Part shown: piece after piece, positions 24,762-36,610 of the stretch
Position numbering within the stretch: position 1 is the stretch's first letter
Layout: each line of letters begins with the position of its first letter
DNA from: Camelus ferus
Lineage: Eukaryota
Assembly (NCBI RefSeq): GCF_009834535.1
Contig: NC_045697.1
Location: 32,490,001 to 32,554,000, forward strand
Direction of reading: 5' to 3'
Length of the DNA: 64,000 nucleotides
Notes under the pieces: model-generated
The model's input: the letters and a program-made list of their open reading frames with translations, nothing else
Told to the model about the DNA's origin: nothing
Databases searched by the model: none
Program-made: the position numbers and the translations under genes

Positions 24762-26040
24762 AGAATTTATTTTTAAACCAGTGTTAGATTTACAGAAAAA
24801 TTGAGAAGATAGTAGAAAGTGTTCCCATATACCCAGTCCTAGGATCCTCTTTTATTAACATCTTTTACATTAATATGGTACATTTACTACAATTAATGAT
24901 CCAAGATTGATATATAATTTTTAACAAAGTCCATAATTTGTTCAGATTTGCTAAGTTTTTATCTAATATCCTCTTTCTGTCTCAGGAGCCCATCCAGTGC
25001 ATCGTATTCCATTTAACTGTCCTATCTCCTTCTGCCCCTATAGGCTATGGCAATTTCTCAGACTTTCCTTGTTTCTGATCCTTTGATAATTTTGCAGAGT
25101 ATTGGTGAGGTGTTTTGTAGGATTCTCCTCTACTGGAATTTTTCAGTTGTTTTCCTCATGCTTAGAGTTGGGTTATAGGTTTTAGGGAGGAAGGTCACAG
25201 ACATTGCTGTTTTCATCACATCATATGAAGGATATATAATAAACAGTATGATTCATGACTGTTGATGGTAACCCTGGCCGAGGTAGTGTTTATCAGATTC
25301 TCCACTGTAAACGTACTCTTTTCCCCATCTTTCCATATTGTACTCTTTGGAAGAGTCACTGTGAGCAGCCCACATTTATGGGATAGAGGTTTATGCTCTC
25401 CCTCCTTGAGGGAGAAATATCAACCTAAATTATTTGGAATTATTCTGGATGGGAGACTTTTCTTTATTTATTAACTTGCTTAATACTTTATAAACATGAG
25501 TATGGACTCATAGATATTAATTTTATTATTTTGGGTTATAATATAATGAATTTACTTATTTTGTTGCTCAAATTTTCCTAGTTTTGGCTGTTGAGAGTTC
25601 TTCCATCCAGATGGTCCCTGAATCCCTTTAACATATTCCCACATACCTCCAATGTTCTGTGTTTTTTTGCTTGTTTGTTTGTTTGTTTCTTCAGTATGTC
25701 CTTACTTTCTGCACTGGAACATGTTCTAAGCTCATCTTTTATAATTCCTGCCCCAATCCTTGAGTCAGACATTTCTCCAAGGAGCTTCTGGTTCCTTTCA
25801 TAGGAAAATGACATTAAAAACCAAGATCTGTGCTTTTTGCTATTGAGGTGGACCTCTCAGCTGACAGAGCAAAGAAACATATGTTTGTATACTAACCCAT
25901 GTATATGCATAAATGTATAAATATTACTATTTGCAACCATATATAATATATTCAGCTAAATATGAGTTGTTACTGATGTCTCCAAGTCTAATCCATGACT
26001 ACATGGCTCGTTCTAGCTTTTCCCCCTTGCTTATTGTAAT
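24762..26040 (-). mobile_element. L1MC3/L1MC4-like old LINE-1 3'UTR
   Basis: TTAGATTTACAGAAAAATTGAGAAGATAGTA terminus; GGCCGAGGTAGTGTTTATCAG; ATTTCTCCAAGGAGCTTCTGGTTCCTTT. Confidence 0.88.
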
Positions 26041-26091
26041 GTATTTTAATATAACATGGGTGTAAAGTTATTTCTCCCTGCTGATGATAAA

Positions 26092-26360
26092 GATAACATT
26101 TATTGATGACTTAATAAGTTTCAGACATTGATCATAGAACTTTATTTGAATTAACCCATTCCATTCTCACCACTAGACTGGAGGTAATGAGGACGTCCTT
26201 TTTTTCTTAAAGTTTTATTTTGAAGAACTTAATTTTTGCATATTTAAAACATATATACAAAGAGAAAGAAAGAAACTCAGAGATACTTAGTAACTTGGCC
26301 AATATCATGTAGTGCTGAGCACAGTAGCTTGTATTCTCTGACTTCAGAGCTGGTCGCTAC
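26092..26360 (-). mobile_element. MIR with a small embedded L1 3'-tip fragment
   Basis: TAACATTTATTGA...CTCAGAGATACTTAGTAACTTGGCCAATATCA...CTGACTTCAGAGC. Confidence 0.6.
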
Positions 26361-27384
26361 CTTCTGCAGACTCACTCCTGACTCCCAGTCCTCCTTGGCT
26401 CCCATGGTGGGCCTCAATAGGGTGAATACAGTGTTGGCACCTTCAGGAAGACTGCCACAGCTGAGGTGTTGATGTGACCAAGTACATTAGAGATGCCAAT
26501 AGTTTTATCATTTTAAGGCAGTATCAATGCACATCTATTTATCTAATGAGAACAATGACCAAGAGATTGTAGAGGAGTTTAATGAACACAGAGAAGCTTC
26601 TGTTTATGTTTACACAAATCTTCCCTCCGACAGCTGCTATTTGCTTTAAAAAATGCTGAAATTGTGTCTTTGGAGAGCATGTGTACTAAGGATATATGAA
26701 AGTAATGACTTAGGTTCACAGGAGCAGTCGGAAGTGCTTTTTCATTCACCACAAGTGAGTGTTAATAAATAAATGGTTACACCAAAATATTCAGGGCATT
26801 CAATGCCTAGGACTTGTATGAATGTGGTGTTTTGGGGTTCCAGGATCTGGGAATAAGTAAAATTCTGAGGGAGTTACTCTTTGTCATGAGAGCATATGGA
26901 TCCCGAGGAGGAAACGTACACTGATAGATTGAATTGGATTGGTGGAAACAATTGTTACCCTCTACTCACTAGGACTACTCTGCTTATATGGTTACAGGCT
27001 TGAGTAGATGTGAACTCATGTGTGTAAACATCCTCAATTTCCTCAGCTCGATTCTATATATGTGAGTGTAACCATCTCTTTAGGGCTATATCTATGCAAG
27101 ATGAGTTCAGTTGTGATTATTTGGTTTGGCCCTTACCAGTATCCCTAAGAACTCCCCAAGTTACTCATGACTGTTAGCTTTTATAATCAATATTTGCATA
27201 ACCTCTGAGTCACAGATTCTCAATATAAAATTAACAGGCAGTTATCAATCCCCTATTAAATACAAAGCAATTTAAGAGCATTTTATGTGTAACCTTTCTT
27301 TTAATCTTTATGACACTTCTATGAGATGGACACTAGTAATTACCCTTGTTTTATAAGTGAAAAATGAGAAAAATGTTGAGACTG

Positions 27385-27910
27385 AAAAATGTATGCATAT
27401 ATGTGCCAAGAGACATATACAAGGGTTTTTAGATAAGCCCTTCATAATCCCTAAAATCCCAAATGACAGTCTGTTGTAAATTGGATACATGCATTATGGT
27501 AAATGTCCACCAGGGACATTGATACAATAGCGAAAATGAATGAGCTTTGGAAATGTGCAATAGCATGGTTAATTCTTGGTTTCATAATGCTGAATGTTTT
27601 AAATTTAAATCTTAGAAGTCTTAGAAAACTACATGCAGCTTGATGTTCTTTAAAAAAATTCAAACATAAACTCAGCCACCCACACACATACACACACGTG
27701 CACACACCTCTACACATAACCATTATTAAAATACAGGATAACAATTACTTCTGGTTGTAGACAGGATGGGAACACGTGTAATCAGGATAGGAAAAAAGCA
27801 CATGAGGTACATGGGTACATGTAAATTATTTTCAAAGATCTAGTTATTGGATTTGGTACTAAATTCACAAGTATTCATTAGATTCTTAAAAATACATATA
27901 GAAATAAATC
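27385..27910 (+). mobile_element. L1ME-type ancient LINE-1 3' region
   Basis: CCAAGAGACATATACAAG, AAAATGAATGAGCT...CAATAGCATGG, AAATTCACAAGTATTCATTA. Confidence 0.65.
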
Positions 27911-28779
27911 AAATGAAAAATGCCAGATTTGTATCAATTAATACAATGTACAATGTGCCACATATTGTGAGTAATCTCATTCTACGTTCCTGTGCTCCAT
28001 TAAAAATTATTCCCTGATAAAATGATTACTCAAATAATAATTTACATTCAAGTGTGATAGTTATATGATGCAAATAATACTTACAGCTCTGGTACTTTTG
28101 ACGGTTTATGAAGAGGGCACAACTGCATTCTAGTAGAAATAGCCCTGGACTTGGACTAGAACACAGAATTCCATTACTCATTAGTCCCAAGTGAAATGAT
28201 AGATAACATGCTTTTTTTCCCTCTAATCTTAATATACATAACACTAATTACTATTAGGCTAGAAGTAATTAATACTTGTGATAATAGTACAAATGTATAA
28301 GCTTGCATGTGGATTAAATAAATCAAGATTAACAATTGAACTGCCTGTGTAAGCTATTCAACACCAGATAAATGTATTACATTGACAGAATGAAAAACCA
28401 ATAATGAAATCCCTAACTACTCCCTGATTATATTTTTAAAACCCAGGTTTCTTCTTCCAGTAAAGTGAAGGTGAGGGTGAGCATGTTCATTCTACATAAA
28501 TAGATGGACAGTGTGAGGAGAATTGGGAATGAGGTGAGGGGAAGAACACTGGGGTGGAAGTTTGGCAACAAAACTAATAAACTCATGGACCAGTCAGTCA
28601 AAAGGACCTGCTGGTCAGAACATCAGCCGTGGACCATTATAGAACAGTGCTCACATTGTGTGAGAATTACTGAATTCTGGAGTTTATTTGTTATAGCAGT
28701 TTGCTTATCAGCTAACAGAGCATCTAATACTTCTCTTGCCTGCTTTCTGCTGCATAAAGAACTGAAGGTCTAACAGCAA

Positions 28780-28935
28780 ATGTAACAGAGGTTAACAGAT
28801 GGCTCTGGAGCCAGATTGTGTTGAAGCCTGGTCCACTGACTAACACCTGGAAAATCTTGGATGGTTTCTCAGTTTCTGAATTTACTCATGTGCAATAAGG
28901 AATTAATAATGCCATCTACCTCAAGAATTGATATG
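28780..28935 (+). mobile_element. MIR SINE
   Basis: GGCTCTGGAGCCAGA...TAATAATGCCATCTACCTCA. Confidence 0.7.
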
Positions 28936-29064
28936 CAGCTGGTATGCCTTGGTAATTATAATAAAAACACGGATGTTAATAACATGTAAAAATATTTGAA
29001 ACATGTTTAGATATATGGGGCATATGATACAACCAATATATGGTAAGTTGTAACATTTATCTAA

Positions 29065-29070
29065 TTTTTA

Positions 29071-29108
<38 letters not shown>

Positions 29109-29176
29109 CTTACTTACTTACTTACTTATTTAGTGGAGGTACTGGGGATTGAACCACTGAGCTATACCCTCCCTCC
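29065..29176 (-). mobile_element. Internally deleted Vic-1-type SINE with (TAAA)n(TAAG)n tail
   Basis: Minus strand GGAGGGTATAGCTCAGTGGTTCAATCCCCAGTACCTCC; TSD AACATTTAT(C/T)TA at 29052 and 29177. Confidence 0.85.
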
Positions 29177-30520
29177 AACATTTATTTAGTATTGATAAAA
29201 TTAGAAATACCCTTCAAGTAAGCTAATAAAAACAAGCTTTTTGGAGGGATAGGTGGGGGTTCAGATTTTCTTGAGTTTTTGTTTTCAATTCAGTGACGAA
29301 AGGTAATCCACCGTATAAAGTAGAATGCAATGTGTATGTCTTTGAAGAAACAGGAACTCAGTGTCCTGTTCTCCTACAGTCTCAAGCAGGTTATTAATTT
29401 CACCTTCTTATTAAATTACTAAAGCTTTTTCCTACATAGTTTGAGAGGCATATTTGCTCACTTAATGCAGCAAAGTGTTGAGAGTTAAAATGTGTGAGAG
29501 CTCATTCTAATTTGCTCACTGGTTGATGGGCATCTTCAGTCAGTTTGCTTGATCCTACTCCTGCATTAGGGGAACATCCAACATTATATGGCCCCACGTG
29601 GGTTGTAGTACCACTTTGCTTTGGTGGCTACATCTTATTGCCTAAATTGTTCATTTACACTGACCATTCATGACCATTACTTCTTGCCCCTGAGCTCTCT
29701 CAAGCTATGTTTTACTTCTGAAACATGGCCTTTTCTCCACAATCTCTCAAGTTGTCTTTTTTTTTCCCCCTAACATTGCTTATAAAAATCTCATTTTCTC
29801 CATGAAACCTCTCCAGCAGGTTTAATGAAACAAAAAGGGTATATTACTTTCCTATACAAATATGCGTAACTCCAAGACTATGCATTCCATGGTTTATTTT
29901 AAATATAAGGGTTACTGAATAGCCTTCATCTCTCCAAGTACATATATGAGGCTTCTCTGAGTCAGGCTGTGGTGTTTCGCTTTCAGCGTTGAGACAGATG
30001 ACACAGAGTTGTTAGCTGCTTTCTTACATGGCCACATTTTAAAATTTGCCAAATTTTATAATGCTCCTTACTGAGAGGTATTTCCAAGATAATACCAGAA
30101 GAGGCCATTGTGGGACTGTATGCCCAGATTTTGGGAAGATTCTTATTGTGGCTTTAAGCAGCTCCAGAAATAGCAGGACTGCTTTTTACTAGGCTCAGGT
30201 CTTTGTTTTTCTTTTATACTACTCTCTGGACATTCATAAATTCCAGGATGTCATCCTCAAATTACAAAATGCCTGTCTTCTTATTCTATCGGGAGTCACA
30301 CTGGCCACTGTAGTCAGGTGTCCTTTTGATCCTGGAGAATTTTGAATAGTGCCTGAGTTAGTGATATAGTTGAATAACAGGCAAATGTGGAAGAATTCTC
30401 ATGAATCAATGTCTTTTTATTTAAGGAATTAAGCAAAAAATTATAAGTAATATGGGATATTAAAAACTTTCTAGTAATGTGTATGCTTTCAGTTCTCTGT
30501 TAGTGTTTCCCTATCAAGAA

Positions 30521-30735
30521 ACAATATGGTATAATGGAAATTATTTTAGGCTATAAGTTAAAAACAAAGAAAAAAATTAGTGTCTTGGCTCAGTTTTCTA
30601 TTTACTCAGCCTTAAGCAAATGATATAACTGCTGGGAGTTAGCTTTTTATTCTTAAGATGGGAAGAATAAACTCTGCTTACCATGAACTTTGCTGTGGAA
30701 ATCAGGTAATGTTTAACTGGCCTTGTGAAGTGCTC
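30521..30735 (+). mobile_element. Degraded MIR/MIR3
   Basis: TGGTATAATGGAAA...CCTTAAGCAAAT...TAAGATGGGAAGAATAA. Confidence 0.55.
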
Positions 30736-31974
30736 CTTTTTACAAGAAGGAGATAATAAGAAAATAATCTGAAATAATGTGAACTTTATTCAAAGGTAAA
30801 ATTATTGCTAATTTCCTTCAACATTGTTTGCTCTTTTAAGGGTGATCTGTGCATGTTAATAATTATAATTCCACTAATAGTTTTTTACCTACAGATAACA
30901 TTTATCAAGAAATGAAAGACTTTATGATCCACAGAGAATGCTTATTGTAACTAAGTAAACCAGCTGTGGACTTTTGATCAGTACATCAATATGTAGAATT
31001 TTTAGCTTCTATTTCTGCTGCATTCTGCCAGTCAAGTTTCTTCATATGATATGAAGGAAAATGAACAATTAGTAACACTTTTGATGTGTCATTCTGATGA
31101 ACTTCAGAATGCTTAATATCATCTTGTTTAATTTCATGTTTCATAAAAGCTTCTCAATTGCAGGATCAATTACTTTCAATTTCCACATCAATCAGTCCAG
31201 ATGGTTCTCATTATTTGCTAAGGATAGCTGCAAATTGAAATTTTTTAACCCATGATGCATATTGTTCAGCCTTGATATGGAAGGGTCCTTCTGCAGAATA
31301 AGTGGAGCTGAAAAAGGTGTGTTTTACATTCACAAACTGAATGTATTTAAAGGCTGAAAGGGACTCTAGTATTATACCCAGATGAACATTAAAAAATACA
31401 GTCTTCAGAAAAATCAAGTTATTTCAATTATGTAGTCACTGTTGAAATAAGAACATCATTTTATTTCTGACTCTAAATTGAATTTTGATTGGAAGAAAAA
31501 AAAAACAAGATGGTTTTGTATTGCAAAATAAGGTATAACTTGTTCTGTAAACACTATTTGTTAGACTAAAAATGTGAGGTATACTTTGTGTATGAGATGA
31601 CTCTTTTATTGTCAGCTTTTCCTGAACTTAACTCATAGCTAGAATTATTCCAATTTGAATAGTTCGAAATATAATGTAACCAATATAGGCTAATACTTTC
31701 ACTTTTTTATTGATTTAGTTAAGAAGGTAGTTTTTATGATATCCATTTCCTTTTGGTTGCATTATCATCTGTTTCAATCATTTTTTATATTGAAAGCAAT
31801 TATGAAGATTAATTTTTATTCAAACTTCTTAGATTTTAAATAAACAATATAATGATGTGTTAAACTTGGAGGGGGAATTCATTCACTTTTAAAGTTACTA
31901 ATACATTCATTGGAGAAAGAGTACAATTCTCCTGAATTTTCAAATCGTAATGGAAGTTCAGAAGAGACAGAAAT

Positions 31975-32701
31975 AGTAATTGAAGGGTCAATTCATAATG
32001 AGTTTTGACAGTTGTAAATATATATGCATCACAATTTTGGAGAACCTAAATAGTTAAAGCAAATAGTCAAATAAATCAAGGGAGATGTAGACAACTATAT
32101 AATAATAGTAAAGGACTTCAGTACCCCAATTTCAATTTCAATAGTGGATAGATTATCCAGACAGAAAATTAATAAACAGTAGACCCAAATAACAATATAG
32201 ATGAAATGAATCCAACGGACATACACAGAACATGACATCAAACAGTGCTGGTTTACACATTCTAACCCCAAATGTATGCAAAAGATTCTCCCGGACAGAT
32301 TATATGTGGGGCTGCAAAGCAACTTTAAGAAATTTAATGAGATTGAAATTGTATCTAGCACCTTTTCCTAGTACAATGGTATGAAACTAGAAGTCAGTAA
32401 CAGGAAGAAAGTGGGAAAAAAATCACAAATACATGGAAATTAAACATACTATTGAAGAACCAAAAGTTCAAAGAAATTAAAAGGGAAAAGTATCTTGAGA
32501 CAAACAAAACAAAAATACATCATTCCAAAAGTATGAGATGCAGTGAAAACAATTTTTAAGATAGAAGTTTATAGCTATAAAGGCATACATCAAGAAAATA
32601 GAAATATGTCAAACAACATAACTTTACACCTACAGAACTAGAAAACAAAGCCCAAAATTAGCCGAAGGAAAGAAATAATAAAGATGAGAACAGAATTAAT
32701 G
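31975..32701 (+). mobile_element. Degraded LINE-1 ORF2 endonuclease-domain fragment
   Basis: AAGGGTCAATTCA (KGSI), GTAAATATATATGCA (VNIYA), ATAATAGTAAAGGACTTCAGTACCCCA (IIVKDFSTP), ACAATGGTATGAAACTAGAA. Confidence 0.88.
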
Positions 32702-35021
32702 GCCACTTTCTGGCCAACATTTGTAATTTGTGTTCTTTCTGATGACAGCCATTCTGACAGATGTGAAGTGATATCTCATTGTGATTTTAATTTGTATTTC
32801 TCTGATGATTAATGACGTTGAGCATCTTTTCGTGTGTCTATTGGCCATCTGTATGACTTCTTTGGAAAAAAATGTCTATTCAGATCTTCTGCCCATTTTT
32901 TAATTAGGTTGTTTTTTTTTTGATGTCTGATATATAAGCTGTTTATATTTTTTTATATTAACCCCTTAGGAGTCATATCATTTGTAACTTTTTCTCCCAT
33001 TCAACATGTTGTCTTTTTATTTTATTTGTAGTTTCCTTTGCTGTGCAAAAGCTTTTAAATTTAATTAGGTCCCATTTGTTTATTTTTGCTTTTGTTTCCT
33101 TTGCTTTAAGAGACACATTCAAAAAATACTGCTATGATTTATGTCAAAGAGTGTTCTGCCTCTGTTTTTTTCCAGGAGTTTTGTGGTTTTTGGCTTTATG
33201 CTAGGTCTTTATTTCATTTTGAGTTTGTTTTTGTATATGGTATTAAAATGTTCTAATTATGTTCTTTCACATGTATCTGTCCATCTTTCCAAGCACCACT
33301 TATTGAAGGACTGTCTTTTCTCCATTTTTGCCTCATTTGTTATAGATTAATTGACTCTAAGTGCATGGGTTTTTTTCTGGGCTCTCAATCTGTCCCATTG
33401 ATCTATGTCTGTATTATATGCCAGCCCCTTCCTGTTTTGATTACTGTAGCTTGGTAGTAGAGTCTGAAGTCAGGGAGTGTGATTCCTCTAGCTCTGTTCT
33501 TCTTTCTCAAGATAGTTTTGGCTATTCAGAGTCTTTTGTGTTTCTATACAAAATTTGAAATTATTTGTTTTAGTTCTGTGGAAAATGTCCTGTTATTTTG
33601 ATATGGATTATGTTGAATCTGTGGATTGCCTTGGGTACTACAGTCATTTTAACAATATTAATTTTTCCAGCCCATCTGTTTGTATCCTCTTAAGTTTCTT
33701 TGATCAGGTTTTTTAAGTACAGGTCTTTTACCTCCCTAGGTAAGTTTATTCCTAGGTATTTTATTCATTTTGAGTGATTGTAAGTAGGATTGTTTTCTTA
33801 ATTTCTCTCTGATAGTCTGTGGTTAGTGTATAGAAATGCAACCAATTTCCGTATATTAATTTTGTATCCTGCAACATTACCTAATTCATTGATGAGCACT
33901 AACAGTATTTTGGTGGCATCTTTGGGATTTTCTGTGTACAGTGTTATATCATCTGCAAATAGTGACAGTTTTATTTCCTCCTTTCCAATTTGGATTTGTT
34001 TTTTTATTTTTATTTTTTTCCTCAGGGAAGGAGAGGGAGATGGGAAGGAGAGATTACACTAGAGTATGGAGAAATAAGCTAAGACAGATAATGGGGAATC
34101 TGAGTCATGGCACCAAAAGATGTTACCCCAAAAGGTAAAGACCCCAGTTCTTGTCACACCCCAAAGATAAGTTTACAATTGGGAGATAGTGTGTTGTGCA
34201 ATGAAAGACTGTAAAAGATTTATTTAGAAGAGGAAAAATTCACCTCCAAGAAGAGGAGGTGGGCTGATCCAAGGGAAGAAAAACACAATTTGGATTCTTT
34301 TTATTTCTTTTTCTTCTCTGATTGCTGTGACTAGGACTTTCAATACTATGTTGAAAAAAATTGGTGACAGTGAGCATCCTTGTCTTGTCCCTAAGCATAG
34401 AGGAAATGCTTTCAGCTTTTCACTATTGAGTATGATGTTAGCTATGGGCTTGTCATATATGACCTTTATTATGCTGACAAATGTTCCCTCTGCTCCCACT
34501 TTCTGGAGAGTTTTTATCATAAATGGATGTTGAATTTTATCAAAAGCTTTTCTGCATCTATGAGATGGTCACATGGTCTTTGTTTTATTTGTTAGTGTGG
34601 TGGATCACATTGTTTGATTGGTGGACACTGAAAAATCCTTGCATCCCTGGGATGAATCCCACTTGATCATGGTGTATGATCCTTCAAATGTATTGTTTGA
34701 TTTAGTTTGCTAATATTTTGTTCAGAATTTTTGCATCTATATTCGTAAGAGATATTAGCCTGTAATTTTCTTTTTTGCGTGTGATATCTTTGGTTTTGGT
34801 ATCAGGGTAATGGTGGCCTCATAGAATGAGTTCAGAAGTGTTCCTTCCTCTGAAATTTTTTGGAATAGTTTCAGAAGGATAGGTGCTAACTCTTCTCTAA
34901 ATGCTTGATAGAGTTCACCTGTGAAGCCATCTGTCCTGGACTTTCATTTGTTGGGAGGTTTTGTTTTGTTTTGTTTTTCCTATTACTAATCCAATTTCAT
35001 TACCAGTAATTGGTCCGTTCA
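32702..35021 (-). mobile_element. LINE-1 ORF2 fragment (RT domain to C-terminal region), frameshifted, interrupted at 33997-34285
   Basis: ORF 34224-34520 gives [17 protein letters not shown]; plus-strand ATCATCTGCAAAT at about 33948-33960 encodes FADD on the minus strand. Confidence 0.95.
33997..34285 (-). mobile_element. Retroposed ERV fragment: LTR R-U5, tRNA-His PBS, short leader, A-rich tail
   Basis: TSD CAATTTGGATT (33986-33996 / 34286-34296); AATAAA at 34224-34219; LTR end GGTAACA at 34121; PBS TGGTGCCATGACTCAGAT at 34115-34098. Confidence 0.75.
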
Positions 35022-35109
35022 CATTGATATTGTCACTGTTGTAATTTTAGGTGGTTTAATAGACATATAGTCAGTATTTTGATAAGAGCTGAAGATCCAA
35101 ATTTGAATG

Positions 35110-36340
35110 TGACCTTGATCTGAGGGAGACAACAATAAACAAGAAAACAAACAAATAGAAACTAATAATAGAAGATTGTGAGGGAAATAAACAAAGTGAG
35201 GCAAAAGCTAGCAACCAGGGAAGCAATTTTCGTTAACTAACTAAGGTGTGTTAGGAACCTTCTCAGCTGAGATTTCAAAGAACAAATAATCTTACTCTCC
35301 AAAGGACCAGAAGAAGATTATTCTAAAAAGAGAAAATAATAATCACACATTCCAAGGAGTAGGAAAGGGGTTAGTATATCCAAAGATTGAGAAAGTGATT
35401 AAGAATGTTTGGGGTATAAGAAGTGTTATGAACTAAATATGTCTCTCCACAATTTAGTTGTTTGAAATTCGGACCCTCAGTGTGATGGTGTTAGGAGTTG
35501 GGGCCTTTGAGAAGTAATTAGGTCGTGCGGGTGGAGCCCTCATCAATGAGATTAGTGTCATTATAAGAAGAGACAAAAGAAAAGTTGCTTCCTCTCTGCT
35601 TTTTCTGCCACCTGAGGACATGATGAGATGAGGACAGAATGAAGTGAGCACCTGCAAAAGAAGCAGGTTCTCACCAGAACTCACCCACACTGGCACTCTG
35701 ATCTCAGAATTTCCAGCATCTGGAACAGTGAAAATTAATATCTGTCATTTAAGCCACTGCATTTATGGTAACTTGTTATAGCAACCTGAACTATCTAAGA
35801 TGGTAAGAAAGACAGGACTGGTATGAAGTGTGGCTGGAGAGAGGTAGACAGGAAAATATGAAACCTGGATCTGTCATCAAAAAGGAGTTGACTTTTTTTT
35901 TTTTCTATTAGCAATAGAAAACTAATCAAGGAATCAGAGCAGTGTGTGGGGAGTGGAGAGTTAAACTTTTATGTGTTTTTTTTTATTTCAAAATAAATAC
36001 TCCTCTGGCTACTGTGAAAGTGGATCACTGTGGGAAGAGTTGACATGTAGGGGAGCAAAGAGGCAGATTTGGATGTGTGGTATTCTGAAGGAGAGATTAG
36101 ATGGCTTTGACTAGAGTTAACAGAAAAAGAGAAAAACGGAAATTTGGGGACATGGACAGTGATGGAAAGAGAGGCTAGATTGAACTCCAGGTTTGGAGCA
36201 GGAGTTTCACAGGCTCCCTGTGGTGCCATTTATTGAAATTAGAAAAACTATTCAAGGGATTTTGTTTCAATTTCAGACATACTAAGATTGAGATTTCTGT
36301 TAGATATACAGGAGATTTCAAGTTGGATATACAGCTAAAA
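35110..36340 (-). mobile_element. L2 fragment split by an MLT1A LTR
   Basis: GAGGGAGACAACAATAAACAAG; TACTCCTCTGGCTACTGTG; GTGGTGCCATTTATTGAAAT; AAGTTGGATATAC. Confidence 0.7.
35424..35802 (+). mobile_element. MLT1A-like MaLR solo LTR
   Basis: TGTTATGAACTAAAT start; GGGTGGAGCCCTCAT; TTTAAGCCAC; TTGTTATAGCAACCTGAAC end. Confidence 0.88.
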
Positions 36341-36399
36341 TACTACATTTGCAATTCTCTTTCTTCAGTTGATCTTAGATGAATATTAGATAAATGAGC

Positions 36400-36610
36400 T
36401 GAGGTACAGTGAAAAGATTCCATTAAACTTAGAGCCATCTGGGTTCATATTGTGGTCTTTCCTCTTATCAGTGTGACTAGACTGAGTGATAAAATCTCCC
36501 TGAGATTTAGTTTTCCCATCTGTGCAATGGTAATAGTAATAATAATACCTACCCTATATGCATAATGTGAAAATTAAGTAAAATTACTTGTATAAAGTAG
36601 CTCCAACAAT
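36400..36610 (+). mobile_element. MIR SINE
   Basis: CTGGGTTCA...CCCATCTGTGCAATGGTAATAGTAATAATAATACCTACC. Confidence 0.78.

Noticed and set aside
24744..24769. Short tandem duplication of TATAATAGAATT
   Set aside because: A simple slippage duplication at an L1 edge; not informative.
30870..30960. Plus-strand branch point and acceptor (CACTAAT...TTTTTTACCTACAG)
   Set aside because: Stops in all frames shortly downstream and no good donor; the acceptor at about 61928 likewise lacks a supporting ORF.
34098..34115. tRNA-His 3' fragment on the plus strand
   Set aside because: Only 18-20 nt including CCA, next to an LTR end; better explained as a retroviral PBS than a tRNA gene.
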